Below, in pieces: positions 44,156-56,218 of a stretch of 64,000 bases of DNA. The position numbers were made by a program, and so were the translations under genes. The DNA lies in the NCBI RefSeq assembly GCF_041146345.1, contig NW_027191407.1, positions 1 through 64,000 on the forward strand, given 5' to 3'. This stretch comes from Neodothiora populina. Taxonomy: Eukaryota. Every line of letters starts with the position of its first letter. Position 1 is the stretch's first letter. The notes beneath the pieces were generated by a model. It was not told where the DNA came from, made no database searches, and was given only the letters and a program-made list of their open reading frames with translations.

Positions 44156-44593
44156 TGGCAACACAGCCTTCCGATTAGCGCACTATGGCGAGGAGGGTCG
44201 TTAAGAGCCGACGTATATGGCAGCAACGGTGACGATAGGCAGTCTTGCACTGCTGAGTCTGATCGGCAAGATGGAGGAGCGGCAGCATGGCCGGCACGTC
44301 GCGCATCCCGTCCGCGATGTGCCGTCTTGCGAAAGGCCAGCCGCAGGGGCACCGAACCGGTCCGGACAGGGTCGCCCTACCGTCTGTGGTCATAGTATAT
44401 ATTATGGTGTGTTCAGCCATACCCCTACTTGAATAGGGTCATTGGTGGTTCTTTTGGACCGTTGTAGTCTAGGGGTACTGGGCACCCTCCAGAGCTTTAC
44501 AAAGACAGCTAATGTGCCTGACGCTTGTCCGTGAAGCTGGGCTAATCACAAGATCCTTGGATTTCGATTGAAACGTGCTAGCGAATGCTGCCA

Positions 44594-45739
44594 TCAAGTC
44601 TTTCTCAACTTGTTTAATGCAGCCGCAACGCCATCGCTCAACGGATCATCCGCTGCTTTGCGCTTGGTTGATAAGGTAGAGACGGGCGGCGGCACCTTGA
44701 GAGACTCGGCGGCGGCGGCTTCAGCCATGGCCATGGCCTCTTCTTCGTCAGGGTCATACTCATCAGCCAGTCTGGTTTCAGGTCTTTTGTCTGCACCAGA
44801 TCGAGCTGTAGCTTCATCGGGCACCGCAGGCTGCTCAGCGAAGGGTAAAGCCGAACTAATTCCAAGGCGAGCGGCGACCTCGGTGTCCATTTGATGCTCA
44901 GGCTGGGTGGTGGTCCTCGAGAGGGTGGCTCGGCTATTCTCTCGCGTCAGATCACGCTTGTTCGTTCTCCGTACTCTGAATGGCTCGCGCACAGCTCGAC
45001 ACCAATCCTGCACCTTCTTCTCGCCCCAGCCTGCGATCAGCGATATGTCTTCAGGCCGAGCATTGACGGCTGTGCGAAGGCTTCCGAAATTGGAGATCAA
45101 GCCCACAGCGTCGGTTTTGTTAATGCTCCTAGGTACAGTCACGAATTCAACAAGCTTATCTGAGTAGGACAGTGATTGCTGCGCCTTTATGCTTGTCGGG
45201 GCGGCGTGTTCGCATGATTTGAAGAGTTCAAGGTAGCGTCCGGCTTCTTGTGCACTCCATGTGAGTATGACAGTGACGTTGTTGATCAGCGAGGTCTTGG
45301 AGAGCTCTTTCAGAGGATCCTCGTGGTTTTCGATGTCTACCATTACCAGAGCAATACGGAGTTGATATTTGCCGGCAAGCGAGCGGATGCGAGAATAGAT
45401 GTACTCGGGATGCAAACGATGATATTTGAGTGACAAGAACAGAGCGCATGTGGTGGCACCGAGAACAAAGTCGGCAGGGATGTCCGAGTATTCCCAAGGC
45501 ATCGAACGAATGTTGTTCAATATAGGATTACCCTTTTGCCGTGGTGATACGAGGATGGACGAAGCCGCAGCGCGAGATGGCAGAGGCTGTGGTTTGGGTT
45601 GTTGCACTGCCTTGGAGGTGGCATTACTGGACGGCGTTACACCAGATTGCACTCGAGGTGGTGGCAGTCTGGCGCCATTATCGGCAACCTCAAGCGCGGC
45701 GCTGAAGTCGACATCGTCCCCACCGTACTCGTCGCCCAT
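44594..45739 (-). CDS. RAD10: DNA excision repair protein Rad10/ERCC1/Swi10
   Basis: ILVSPRQKGNPIL; CALFLSLKYHRLHPEYIY; WSAQEAGRYLE; HhH region INKTDA..L...FGSL. Confidence 0.95.
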   Translation of the reverse strand: MGDEYGGDDVDFSAALEVADNGARLPPPRVQSGVTPSSNATSKAVQQPKPQPLPSRAAASSILVSPRQKGNPILNNIRSMPWEYSDIPADFVLGATTCALFLSLKYHRLHPEYIYSRIRSLAGKYQLRIALVMVDIENHEDPLKELSKTSLINNVTVILTWSAQEAGRYLELFKSCEHAAPTSIKAQQSLSYSDKLVEFVTVPRSINKTDAVGLISNFGSLRTAVNARPEDISLIAGWGEKKVQDWCRAVREPFRVRRTNKRDLTRENSRATLSRTTTQPEHQMDTEVAARLGISSALPFAEQPAVPDEATARSGADKRPETRLADEYDPDEEEAMAMAEAAAAESLKVPPPVSTLSTKRKAADDPLSDGVAAALNKLRKT

Positions 45740-46260
45740 GTTGGTCTAGCTATGAGATCGGGATGAGCGCCACGGTTGTGAAAGATTCGCCGCACCGAGG
45801 AAAAGTGGTGGCGAGCTGGACCGGCACAGAAGACCAAGTACTTTTCAGAACCGCAACTTTGAACGCGATTGACACCTTCACGCTGTTGACCACTCTCCAC
45901 AAGACTACTGTTTGATGAAGTGGTACCAGGATTGCTATGGAGAGCTTCCTTGACATCGCGCACTGATCATCCAAAAGGTGTTCCACTAATTAGTGATTAA
46001 TTACCTGAAAGCTGCGGGGGTTTGCATCTGCATCACCGACCACTCTCCGCATTTCAAGCAACAATAACTTTACCTACCAAATGTGAAATTATCAGTATTA
46101 TTCTTGACATCTGAACTTCCAGCATTTTTGTCGTCAGATCTCTTCCAAAAAGCGCGTGATATGAAAATGCCCACTGTTGCTAGTAGCAGTCGTTCCCTTG
46201 TGATAACAGAATAAGTCACAGCGATTGTACATTTGACTGGCGGCCAAAGTATACCGCAAA

Positions 46261-47291
46261 ATGTTTTACGACTTGAACATAGAGTACAACGCAACGCTGC
46301 GGGCGCCTCTTAGAGATGCAGAGCTATCGAGGACACTGTCCTTTGTTTCGGAAAGTCGGTACTCTGTAATGATCTAGGTCTTAAATCGTGTACTGACTAT
46401 GCTGCAGTGGGCTACAACTGCGTCGCCTTGAACCACACCATCTCCGGCAAAATCCCCGCCGACATAGTTCGTCGCTCCCTTTATCTTTCGGCTCATGATG
46501 TGGAAACTAACATGGAACAGTCTTGTGTAATTCCAGATCCGCTCCCCTTCGCTTCGCCTGCCTCATTGACAATCCTGCGCCGCTGCACGCTTGTCCTCTC
46601 GGAAGCCGCCGCAAACAATCGAGTCGCAGCATTATCATCCAACTACGACATCCTCGCGGTACGACCAGTAGACGAAAAGACCTTCCAGCACGCCTGCAAC
46701 ACGACCGACTGCGACGTGATATCCCTCGACCTTTCGCAGCGCCTCGGCTACCATTTCAAATTCAAGACCGTCTCGGAAGCAATCAAGCGCGGCGTTCGCT
46801 TCGAGGTGTGCTACAGCCAGGGCGTCACGGGCGAGCCACTCGCGCGAAGGAATCTGATCAGCAATGTGACGCAGCTGATACGGGCGACGAGGGGCCGAGG
46901 TCTGATTGTGAGCAGCGAGGCGAAACGCGCTCTCGGCTGTCGCGCGCCTTGGGATGTGGTCAACTTGGTTGAGGTTTGGGGCTTGCCGCATGATCGATCT
47001 CATGAAGCAATCAGCAAGGAAGCGAGGAGCGTGGTCGTCTCCGCGCGACTGAAAAGAGAGAGCTTCAGAGGAGTGGTGACTGTGGTATACGGTGGGCAAA
47101 AGCCTGCGCCCTCTGAACCAGCGCAGAAGCACACTACGAAACCCGCGGACAAAGACGATGCCTCTAAAAAGAGGAAGGCAGAGAACTTGACTGACAGCGA
47201 TACCCTCGGAGATGGAAAGCCAATATCAAAGCGAGAGCAGAAACGAAGAGCGAAGGCTGCAGTAACGACTCTACAGCCGACAATTGGCTAA
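46261..47291 (+). CDS. RPP1: RNase P/MRP subunit p30 (2 introns)
   Basis: MFYDLNI; GYNCVALNH; YDILAVRP; DVISLDLS; GVRFEVCYS; RRNLISN; RAPWDVVNL. Confidence 0.92.
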
Positions 47292-47415
47292 ACATGATGG
47301 ACTATGGTCACCCATGAAGAGTGCAAACACTATCGCAGTCAACTCCGCCGAGGTATCATTTTCAACCCTAGGAAAATGGACAAGAGGCACGGCACGCATG
47401 ACCATGGACATCACA

Positions 47416-47723
47416 TCATCGATCTTCACAACGCACATGATCATCGGCCTGGTCTCGACGGACGCCAACATAATCATCCCCGTCGCTGCCCTGCACAAAG
47501 GCATTATGAAGCTCGTCCGCTTTGCGCTTGCCCTTGGCTTTTGCACTCAGACCGGATCCGTTGGCTCCGTTCGGCGTGCCATCATCGTCCATCTCTTCAT
47601 CATTCAGCATCTCGAATTCATACTCGTCCCGTACGCCGCGTTGTCGGCGTCGGCGCGCAAGGTAATATCAGATGCTCGGCGATACGCAGGGTATGATACC
47701 AGTGCTGATGCTCCGTGGATCCA
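47416..47723 (-). pseudogene. Decayed fragment resembling the kexin (Kex2) TM and cytosolic tail
   Basis: WIHGASAL(fs)IIPCVSPSI*YYLARRRRQRGVRDEYEFEML...KRKADELHNAF resembles the fungal Kex2 tail (WIYGA..L...YY..RRR...YEFE...RRAGELYDAF, from memory). Confidence 0.6.
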
Positions 47724-48065
47724 GTCACGTGCGGGGCCCATGGACATGAGTCTTGTCATCTGAATCACGACACACACTGGCTGGCGAGACTTTTCAGTCT
47801 ATCATAACGGTTTCGTGATTGGATGAGATGAGAATCCCTTACTCGCGTATGGTTAAGATGATACAATGCTAAATGGGCAAATGGAAATTGAACTTTGGTA
47901 GGAATATTTCGCAACCTTGGCCTAACACCGTTCTGCTTGAACGCGTATCGAGACAGGCACTGCTGCCACGCGAATTCCACCAATGTTCACATATCATGTA
48001 TGGACTCGTTACATAGCCGTGTGAATCATTGCTGAACTCTGAAAATGCATAGATCCAGAAACACT

Positions 48066-48396
48066 CTATTGAACTGGCTTCTTTCCAAGCAGTTTCTTCT
48101 TGAGTTTGGCAACACCTATAGTAGAGAGCATTTATCAACATCGAGCGTTCAACATAGTCATGCTGTACCATATACACACCTGGGAGCAAGCTATCATGCG
48201 TTTCCTGGCTGCCCATTAATCGATCAGCATCGCCCTTGTCGCCTTTCTTGAGCGCTGCCATGATCTCCATGCTCTTAGCACGCGCCGCTTGTGCTTGAGG
48301 TGAAGTCATGGTCTCTGCGTTAGCGACGTTTGCATTCGGCGCATGTGTCCAGGGATTCGGCTCCCAACCCTCTATTGTGTTGCCTTTTGAAGCCAT
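48066..48396 (-). CDS. Small hypothetical protein (~88 aa, 1 intron ~48179-48116)
   Basis: MASKGNTIEGWEPNPWTH...LLPG/VAKLKKKLLGKKPVQ*; splices in frame; TATAT upstream. Confidence 0.45.
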
Positions 48397-49078
48397 TTCA
48401 GAGATATAAAATGCGGCTAATGGGGGAGACTTGCGAAAGTGACAGGGACTACTGAGTGCAATGTAAGGTTGAGTAGGTACAAAGGTAATAATGTGTGTTC
48501 TTATACCTTTGTAGAGGGCGTCCACCGCATCACTGAACCTTATTCTTCCTGGGTCAACTACCCCGCAGGGACCGACTTCCGACCTCGGGTAGGTATGCTT
48601 CCTTCGTGCTAGTTGCACAGTTGTAAGTTTGTGCTACAGATCCACCTCGCCTAATCTTACTGCGCAATCCTGCGTCGCCCCGGTATGTCATTCGGGGCAC
48701 AAGCCGTCCTCTGTGCGCGTGGCTATGATACAGATGCGTACTCTTGGCGAGTGATATTTGTGCCACTTCAATCAACCGACCCGTAGTCATGGGGTACGGA
48801 GGGCTCAGACCTCCCTGCTGGATCTGCCGTGGGACGACTGGAGAGTCCATTCGGTCAAGGCCACTCGCGCGGAGATGCTCTCGCGCTCGCTTGCTTCGCT
48901 TCATGAGTGTGTGTCTAGCGCAGGATAGACAAAAGTAGTCACCTATCCACCCGGAACATGCTCATCCCAGCACACAAAAGTAATTCGCCGAAACATATGT
49001 CTTGGAAGGGCACTTCGGCCAGCATAGGAGACGAGGGGGTAGGTTCGGCGTGGAGACATATTAGCCGTCGCGATGTGT

Positions 49079-49657
49079 CTAGAAGAATTTCCACCAGCTT
49101 CGGTCTCTCGACGACGAAGAGACCTGATGAGCTAGAGGATCCACAGGGGAAACACCGGCAGCTGAAGTCGCGGCAGTGATCGTCTTGTGCTTCTCATTCG
49201 ATTCGATCGTCGCGTGCAGCTCTGATTCCAGTCTCCGGAGTTCCTCTACCCAGAATCAGCCTTGCGAAACTTGCGCCACGGCCCATCACGAGGCTGGTTG
49301 GGTGGGTGTGCCTTGCTGACCTTCTTTCTCTCCCTGCTGCTCCATGAAATCCAGCTTCGACCATGTCCAGTATGTGATTTGATATGTCGCCCAGGCCATG
49401 AGGAAGACCTTGGCGATGGGGCGGCCGAAGGACTTGTAGAAGTCGCGCTAGAAAGAAGTAAGCTATACAGTCTGCCATGCTGGAATTGATCGTCGTACAT
49501 GAGGGTTGCTAGCTGGTGGTGGTGGCGGTGGTGATGATGGAGGCGTGGGGGATTGGTAGGAAGGTCCTTGATTTCTTCGGATGACCGAGGTCGAAAACCG
49601 CGAGCGGAAGACTCGTAGGCCGGCAGGGGCGGAACTCCGAGCAGCTGTTGTGTTCAT
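49079..49657 (-). CDS. Mitochondrial inner-membrane protein, Ina17-like (2 introns)
   Basis: Presequence, then RDFYKSFGRPIAKVFLMAWATYQITYWTWSKL (TM), a coiled coil and an SWWKFF* end; in frame after splicing. Confidence 0.72.
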
Positions 49658-50009
49658 TGTGATGGGTAAGAATCTGATGCAGTACGAGGGGTATGTCAAT
49701 TCATCGAGATGAGATGTTTCTAGTAGTCGCTCACAATCGAATCGATGCTCGGAGGTCGAGATTCACTCTGGCGAGTCATATGCCCGAGCGGACAGGAAGC
49801 GGCACGAGTAATGACTACAGGACCCCCGCTCGCTACTGCGCTGCAGCTTGAGCTTTATTGACAACTCCCTCTGCTTCGCTACTACAAAACATGGACAGTT
49901 GACGTTCCAGTCTTCCTGTCTCCGTTTCATAAAGAGGGTTGACACTTAAAAGAAACAGAAACCGAATGTCTCTCGTCTTGCGCCCAACGACATCAAGAAC
50001 CCCGACAAA

Positions 50010-51109
50010 ATGGCCGAAAAGACAGCAAAGTACCGCACGGAGATCCAGCAGATGATGTTCGTCTCGGGCGAAACAGCAGAAGCGACGCCCGAAACCACGA
50101 GTCTGATCGAAGGCATAGTGCAACAGCAAGTCATCGAGATGCTGACGCGAGCGACCACCCTGGCCGCGCGCAGAGGCGTGCGCAGCATCAACACCGACGA
50201 CCTGATTTTCCTGATCCGACACGATCGCGCCAAAGTCTCGCGCCTGCGCACCTTTTTGAGTTGGAAAGACGTGCGTAAGAGCGCCAAGGACCAGGACGAG
50301 AAGGGCGGCGCGGGAGGCGGAGGTGATGACCTGGGCGATATCCTCGACGGCAGCGGCGCCGGAGCTGACCCTGCGCTTGCTGCCACGGGCGTGGGTCCGT
50401 CGGTGGGCACGCGCACCTCAAAGACGAAAAAGGCAAAAGTCGGCTTGCCCTGGGACGTGGCCAGTTTCTACAGCGAGCAGGTGCCGGAGCGAGAAGATGA
50501 GGAAGACGAGGACGAGGAGGAAATGACGACTGCGACGCTACAACGTCTCAAGAACGCCGACGAGCGCACCAAGAACATGACGCCCGAGGAATACCTGCAC
50601 TGGTCGGAGTGCAGACAAGCGAGTTTCACCTTCCGCAAAGGAAAGCGCTTTCGCGAGTGGGCGGGTTTCGGCATCGTGACGGACAGCAAACCCAACGACG
50701 ACATTGTTGACATCTTGGGTTTTCTGACCTTCGAGATCGTGCAGACGCTGACCGAAGAGGCGCTGCGCGTCAAAGCCGCCGAGGACCTGCACAAGCGAGA
50801 GATGGGCGGCGAGGACGGAGCCGGAGGAGGCGCCGACGAGGGTGAGAAGAGAAGAAAGAGACGGCGCACGGAAAAGGGCCTCTTTGATCCTCCCGAAGAA
50901 GCAAGAGCTCCCGTTCAGCCTAAACATATCATGGAGGCTTTCCGGCGCTTGCAGAGACCTGAGATGAAGAGTCGTTATATGGACCATATCCCTGGAGGAC
51001 CGAAGAAGCAGCCTCTAAAGCTGGTGAGTTTCCTTTCTTGCCGTTGTTTTCACGTGGGCTTGAAGATGAAAGAAGGTGAATGCTGACCATGTGAACACGA
51101 CAGATCTGA
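50010..51109 (+). CDS. SPT3: SAGA subunit Spt3 (terminal intron 51024-51103)
   Basis: [64 protein letters not shown]. Confidence 0.96.
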
Positions 51110-51567
51110 GCCATGTCGACTCCTGCTTCCTTCTCGTTACTTACCCTCTCACAGTCAACGATTATAATATCTTCTTCTTTGGGTTGCATTCCTTCATTTT
51201 GTTTCGTACGGAATTCTTGTTTGGCATTGGTTTTAGATACCCGTTACAGGAGCACAGGCGCATTCCCCGGTTCATATAGCCTTCGAACCATTAGAAACAT
51301 TTCTCCTCCTAGTCAATGAACGCATTATGATAGCAAGAGGAAAGAACAGACGACCGGAACAATTGGTCCACCAGTAGCAAAAGCAAAGACTCGAGCAAGT
51401 AATCCAGAAGAAAGTAGCCAGTTCCGAGCAGAAGACTTCTTGGAGAAGCCATCATATTAATAAAGTAATGATAATCATAACACGTCAGACGGAGTAATCG
51501 CACCTGATGTCGACCTTTCAACAGCCCCCGCGAACATGCCAAATGTGGTGTAAAGTAGTCATATCAC

Positions 51568-52684
51568 TCAATCATCGCCGCTGTCGTCGCCATCGACAAA
51601 ACTACCGTCGATGCTCCCTTCGCCGGCGATGCTCGCCTGCAGGCTCACCGTGCTCCCCATACGTTGCAGCTTCATGCGCTTCCGCAACGGGGTGCCGTCA
51701 TCGTCGTCGTCGTCTTGATCATCTCGCTCTCTCTTGTCCGACTTTGTGTCTATCTTGGGCGGTTTCTTCGAGATGCCGTTGGCGGACTTGCCGTTGCTGC
51801 CCTTGGACGGCCTATCGCCCTTCTTGAGGTTTTCTTTCAGTCCCCTCTTGAGCACCTTTTTCCGGACATTGCCTGCCTTGTTGTCGTCATCTTCATCGTC
51901 ACTCCTGTTGCGACCGCTGCCCACCGGCGTGGCGCCTCGGCTTCCCGCGGGTGATCCGACGGAGCTGTTCGCGTTTGCTCGCGCGACGTTCCTCGCCGCT
52001 CCTCTGCCACCTATGCCCAGACATTTCTCCAGATGTTGTGCGAAACGCGTGATGAGCAGACTTCGCTTGCACGAGGGACATGTATGCCAGGGCACGTATG
52101 TGCCTCCCTTCAGCCTCTCGCCGACCTTGGCTGCCTTTTTGTCTACCGGTCCACCAGTGTTGGGCTGATTGTCGTTCGCTGAAGGCGAAGGAGGAGCGGT
52201 GCCGTTCTGCTCCTGGCTGGCAGGTGTGCCATCTTGTGACTTCCCGCTCTTGGCCGCATTCGATTCGGCCTTTAGTCTCTCGCGTTCTTTCTTGGTTGGC
52301 GGCTTGTCGTTGCCGGCGACGGGGAACGGGTTCCCATAGATGTCAAAGTACGGTCTCGTCGACCAAGGTATATGGGTGCAGTACTGGGTACTTTTGCCCG
52401 GATTGGATTGTGCGAGCGGAGGATCGAGGAGGCGCGGAAGGTTGCAGGATGGACATATCGGCAGTCGGGTCGTGGGATGTAGTGTTTGCAGCAGCTTCTT
52501 CTCGCGACAGTGTATCTGCAGCACGAGGTCGTGCACGACGCTGAACAGAGTCTCGTTCACTATACTCTCCGTCTACAGTGGTTTCGAATCAGTAAGACAG
52601 GGTTCACGAGATAATAGTGCTCGTCGGGGAAGATACCAATGCAGCCGCATCCACTTTGGCACCTTGCGCTTTATCTCCAGACAT
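51568..52684 (-). CDS. SGF11: SAGA deubiquitination-module subunit Sgf11 (1 intron)
   Basis: Zinc finger CPSCKRSLLITRFAQHLEKCLG; DIYG motif; N-terminal helix ETLFSVVHDLVLQIHCREK. Confidence 0.85.
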
Positions 52685-53379
52685 TATCCTACAAGGCCCC
52701 CCAACTTGTCGCGAAGATGTCGCCTCAGATCATCGAATGGACCTTGTGCGGCGCAGGTAGGTGGCGAGGAGGAGGCAACGGTGATATGAAAAATGAAAGC
52801 AGGACAGGCGGAAGAAACTTGTCGAGGCTACAGTAGTATCGGAAAAGGTCTAGTAGTGATTGCTTGTATATGTTCGATGAAGCAATCAAGGTGAAGTACC
52901 TCTATCCTCTGTTTGATGATGGCATGTGAAGAAGGCCGGGGTCGGGGATATCGGTGACGGGGGTGCTTTATTAACTTTGCGGAGATTCGTGCGCAAGGCC
53001 TGCTCTGTCAGCTGTGCTCAAAAGCCCAGATTCCGTAACAGAGAACCACCATCTTCGTCGTACAGTATGCACCCGTTAAGCCCCATCTCTATCTGCTATA
53101 TGATGAACACCGGAGGCTTAGCCTGGAATAGGTTTGGCGTTTCTGTAGGTGTAGATGAGTCGAATCTTGGGACGTCCGTATTGTCGGTCTTTGAAACAAT
53201 CGGGCTTTGAAATAATGTCATCGAAGACTTCGGCCAATGAAATTGGGTCTTGCGATACGAGTACCAACCATGCGTGTGATATCCACATAAGCCTAGAACA
53301 GCTGTCCCAAAGCCGAGGATATGTATAATCATGAGCTCGCTCGATGAACCTATCGACGTCTCCACTCGCGAAGACCAAC

Positions 53380-54577
53380 ATGGAGACCAAAGCGCCCACT
53401 AAAGTGTTCACGGCTTGCAAGGTACCTCGATATCTCAGCTGACATTGTTGATTTTTGTGCTGAATGACCTCAGTCGGTAACAAGCTCCGACCGAGCGATA
53501 GGAGCGCGTCGAGTCGCTGCAGGTGAGGCGACACCATGCTTCAGCATCTACAACGAAAGGTTTCGTAAGATCATTGGGGAATCCCCTACTTTAGCGATCG
53601 AGATAGAGCTAGCCTATCCTTTTGCCCACGAAGCAGGGGTCTACCTACCAGACCTTGACAAGATTTTTGTGACAAGCAATCAGTACCACGACACCACCAG
53701 CGGCACCACTGCCATCGACATCACGGAGATAAAGAGACAGTCTTCTGATGGACAATGGATCCATAAAAAAGTCGAGCGAGAGCGGCACGGTATAGCTCTC
53801 GCCAACGGAGGCGTTAATTACAGAGACGGTGTCCTATTCTGCGATCAAGGTGACCACGATACACCATCTCGGCTAGTCTATGTGCATGCGACCCTCTCCG
53901 ATGAGCCGAGCATACTGCTTGACAACTACCATGGAAGGTCATTCAACTCGATGAATGATGTCGTTGTCAAATCGGATGGCTCCATATGGTTCACAGATCC
54001 AATCTATGGCTTTGAACAGGGCATACGACCTGAGCCACAGCTTCCATCTCAAGTCTATCGTTTCGATCCTGCAACCGGCGATGTGCGTGTCGTAGCCGAT
54101 GGATTTGGACGCCCCAACGGAATCTCGTTCTCACCGGACGAGGAGACTGTATATATCACAGACACAGAATGGATTCATGGAGACGGTGACATAAACCACA
54201 CGAGAGCATCGACCATGTAAGTCTCCGTTGAGACCATCAATCATCTGGCCAACACTGACAGATCTCCACGCAGCTACGCTTTCGATGTCATACTTCGTGG
54301 TGGAGCTGACTTTCTTGCCAATCGGCGCGTCTTTGCCATGGCAGACGCGGGTATCCCTGATGGTATCAAGTGCGATACTGATGGGAACGTCTATTCTGGG
54401 TGTGGAGACGGCCTCAACGTCTGGGGGCCCGACGGCACTCTTCTAGGCAAGATGATCGTGCCTGGCGGCGTGGCGAACTTCTGCTTCGCTCGTAAGGGAG
54501 AAATCTTGTTGTTGAACGAGGATAAATTCTGGGTAGCTGCGATCAGTGAAGATGTCCGGGGCGCATTGCTTAGATGA
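53380..54577 (+). CDS. SMP-30/gluconolactonase-family lactonase (2 introns; start uncertain)
   Basis: PFAHEAGVY; NGG; FNSMNDVVV..DGSIWFTDP; RPNGISFSPDE; PDGIKCDTDGNVY. Confidence 0.88.
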
Positions 54578-54780
54578 AGATCGGAGTAGACTGACAATAT
54601 TCGTAACTACAGCTCGGTATTTCGTGTCCAAGATACACCAAAAGAATGAAAAGAGAAATGTCAGGGAATGATTGATGCACTGTGAGTCTATTTGTTCCAA
54701 GTAGATCTACTCGAGGTTTCAGAGCTTGCGTGACACAAGAGCCCGCGAGAAAAGATCTGGATAAAACTGGAGGTTCACAT

Positions 54781-55416
54781 TCAGACTTGAGGTTCAGCAT
54801 TAAGCAGCGTGCTTTGCGACGAGGTTGGCGTCGTAGCAACATCCTTCTCCCAGGGCTTCTTGCGCTTCGGAGCATGACTGGGGGTGGACTGTCCTTCAAG
54901 AACAATGTCAGGAATGTCCTTAATGCCTGGGATTGGTTTGCCTTCTGCGATCAGTTGGCAGATCTCAGCAAATGAGGCTGGGTGAGGGGCGCTGCCGGCA
55001 GGATCAGAAGCCTGGGTGTGATTAGGGGCATCTTGAGGAGGTTGAGGTTGTGAGATCTCATTCACAACAGGTCTCGAAATTGGCTGATTTGAGCCTTGCG
55101 CTCGCGCCTCGGTCCATGCAAGATAGCCATTGAAGTCGGGCTTTTTGTCGAATTTCCTAGTAATGTATGTTAATGCTGAAGCGGCGGTGTGGCCGATCGA
55201 ATGTGTGTTTGATATCACAAATGAATAGGCATACTTAGCAAAGTAATAACATCTCACTCGCAGTATCAGACGAGAAATTTGATCAGCAGGTGCAGATGCT
55301 AGAAGAGAACGCAGGCCAGCCTGGAATTCGACATCATTCTCCCAGTCGTAAGTGTCGAGTTGGTGGTAAAGCGCGGTGGGATCTTCAACCGCCACAGCTT
55401 GACTCATGTCTGACAT
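54781..55416 (-). CDS. Pex39-like peroxisomal PTS2-import factor with C-terminal KPWE motif (1 intron)
   Basis: YDWENDVEFQAGL; CYYFA; SFAEICQLIAEGKPIPGIKDIP; RKKPWE. Confidence 0.72.
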   Translation of the reverse strand: MSDMSQAVAVEDPTALYHQLDTYDWENDVEFQAGLRSLLASAPADQISRLILRVRCYYFAKYAYSFVISNTHSIGHTAASALTYITRKFDKKPDFNGYLAWTEARAQGSNQPISRPVVNEISQPQPPQDAPNHTQASDPAGSAPHPASFAEICQLIAEGKPIPGIKDIPDIVLEGQSTPSHAPKRKKPWEKDVATTPTSSQSTLLNAEPQV

Positions 55417-56218
55417 TTGTAAGGCGTGACAATAAGTATTCGTGTTATTACACTGAACAGCTGATCAAGACTCGAATGTGCGAAGACTGGATGAAGTGCA
55501 GATTTCAAGCCTTATATGTCTGCTACCTAATCTAAAGTGAATGTTTACCAAACGGTATGTAACTATCCAGACAGCTTTCAGAGGATATCAACTCCAACAC
55601 ATGGCTGGCCCACGAGATGTTGCGAGGTGCAAGGTGGGTCAATTGGTGCATGCGCGGGGTGATGGCTAAATATCGGATAAACAAGCGGACTTACACAAGT
55701 ACGGAGACTTCCTACAATAGATTAATTATGCAGCCAACTCTAATCAAAGTCGCATCATTGATTCAACCACGAGAAGATCAAACGTGGAGTGTCGGGGTTA
55801 CTTATGTCACCGATCTAAGATCTGCCGACATACAGTACAAGTATGGTATGAGTCATGTCAGTCTTGTAGCGTGAGTCATGTAAATAAATGATCTCGGAGA
55901 TGGATTGATGATTGGAACATACGAGATGAATAGCATAAATGGTTCTAGTGTTCATTGGTCATTGGTGTAGCGCATCTGAATGCGTGGAAAGATTTCTGCC
56001 CAGCTTCATGAAGGATCCAGCTCGAGGAAAACATGGGGATGGATAAAGAACTTTTCTTTCAGACTAGGTAGCAAAACATAGCTTTGCTGAGTCTATATCA
56101 TTATCATACTCTCTAAAACAAAACAGAAATAACGCCGCCAGCACCTTGCCAATGATGACCGTCCCACGATCTATCATATATACACCTCCTCTCTAGCATC
56201 ACACACACGCACGACCCT

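Noticed and set aside
44363..44373. Lone GGACAGGGTC (IGS box) outside the rDNA
   Set aside because: A single 10-mer match in ~44 kb is compatible with chance.
45910..45970. TGATGA...CTGA suggesting a box C/D snoRNA
   Set aside because: Short, no terminal stem, and no rRNA-complementary guide found.
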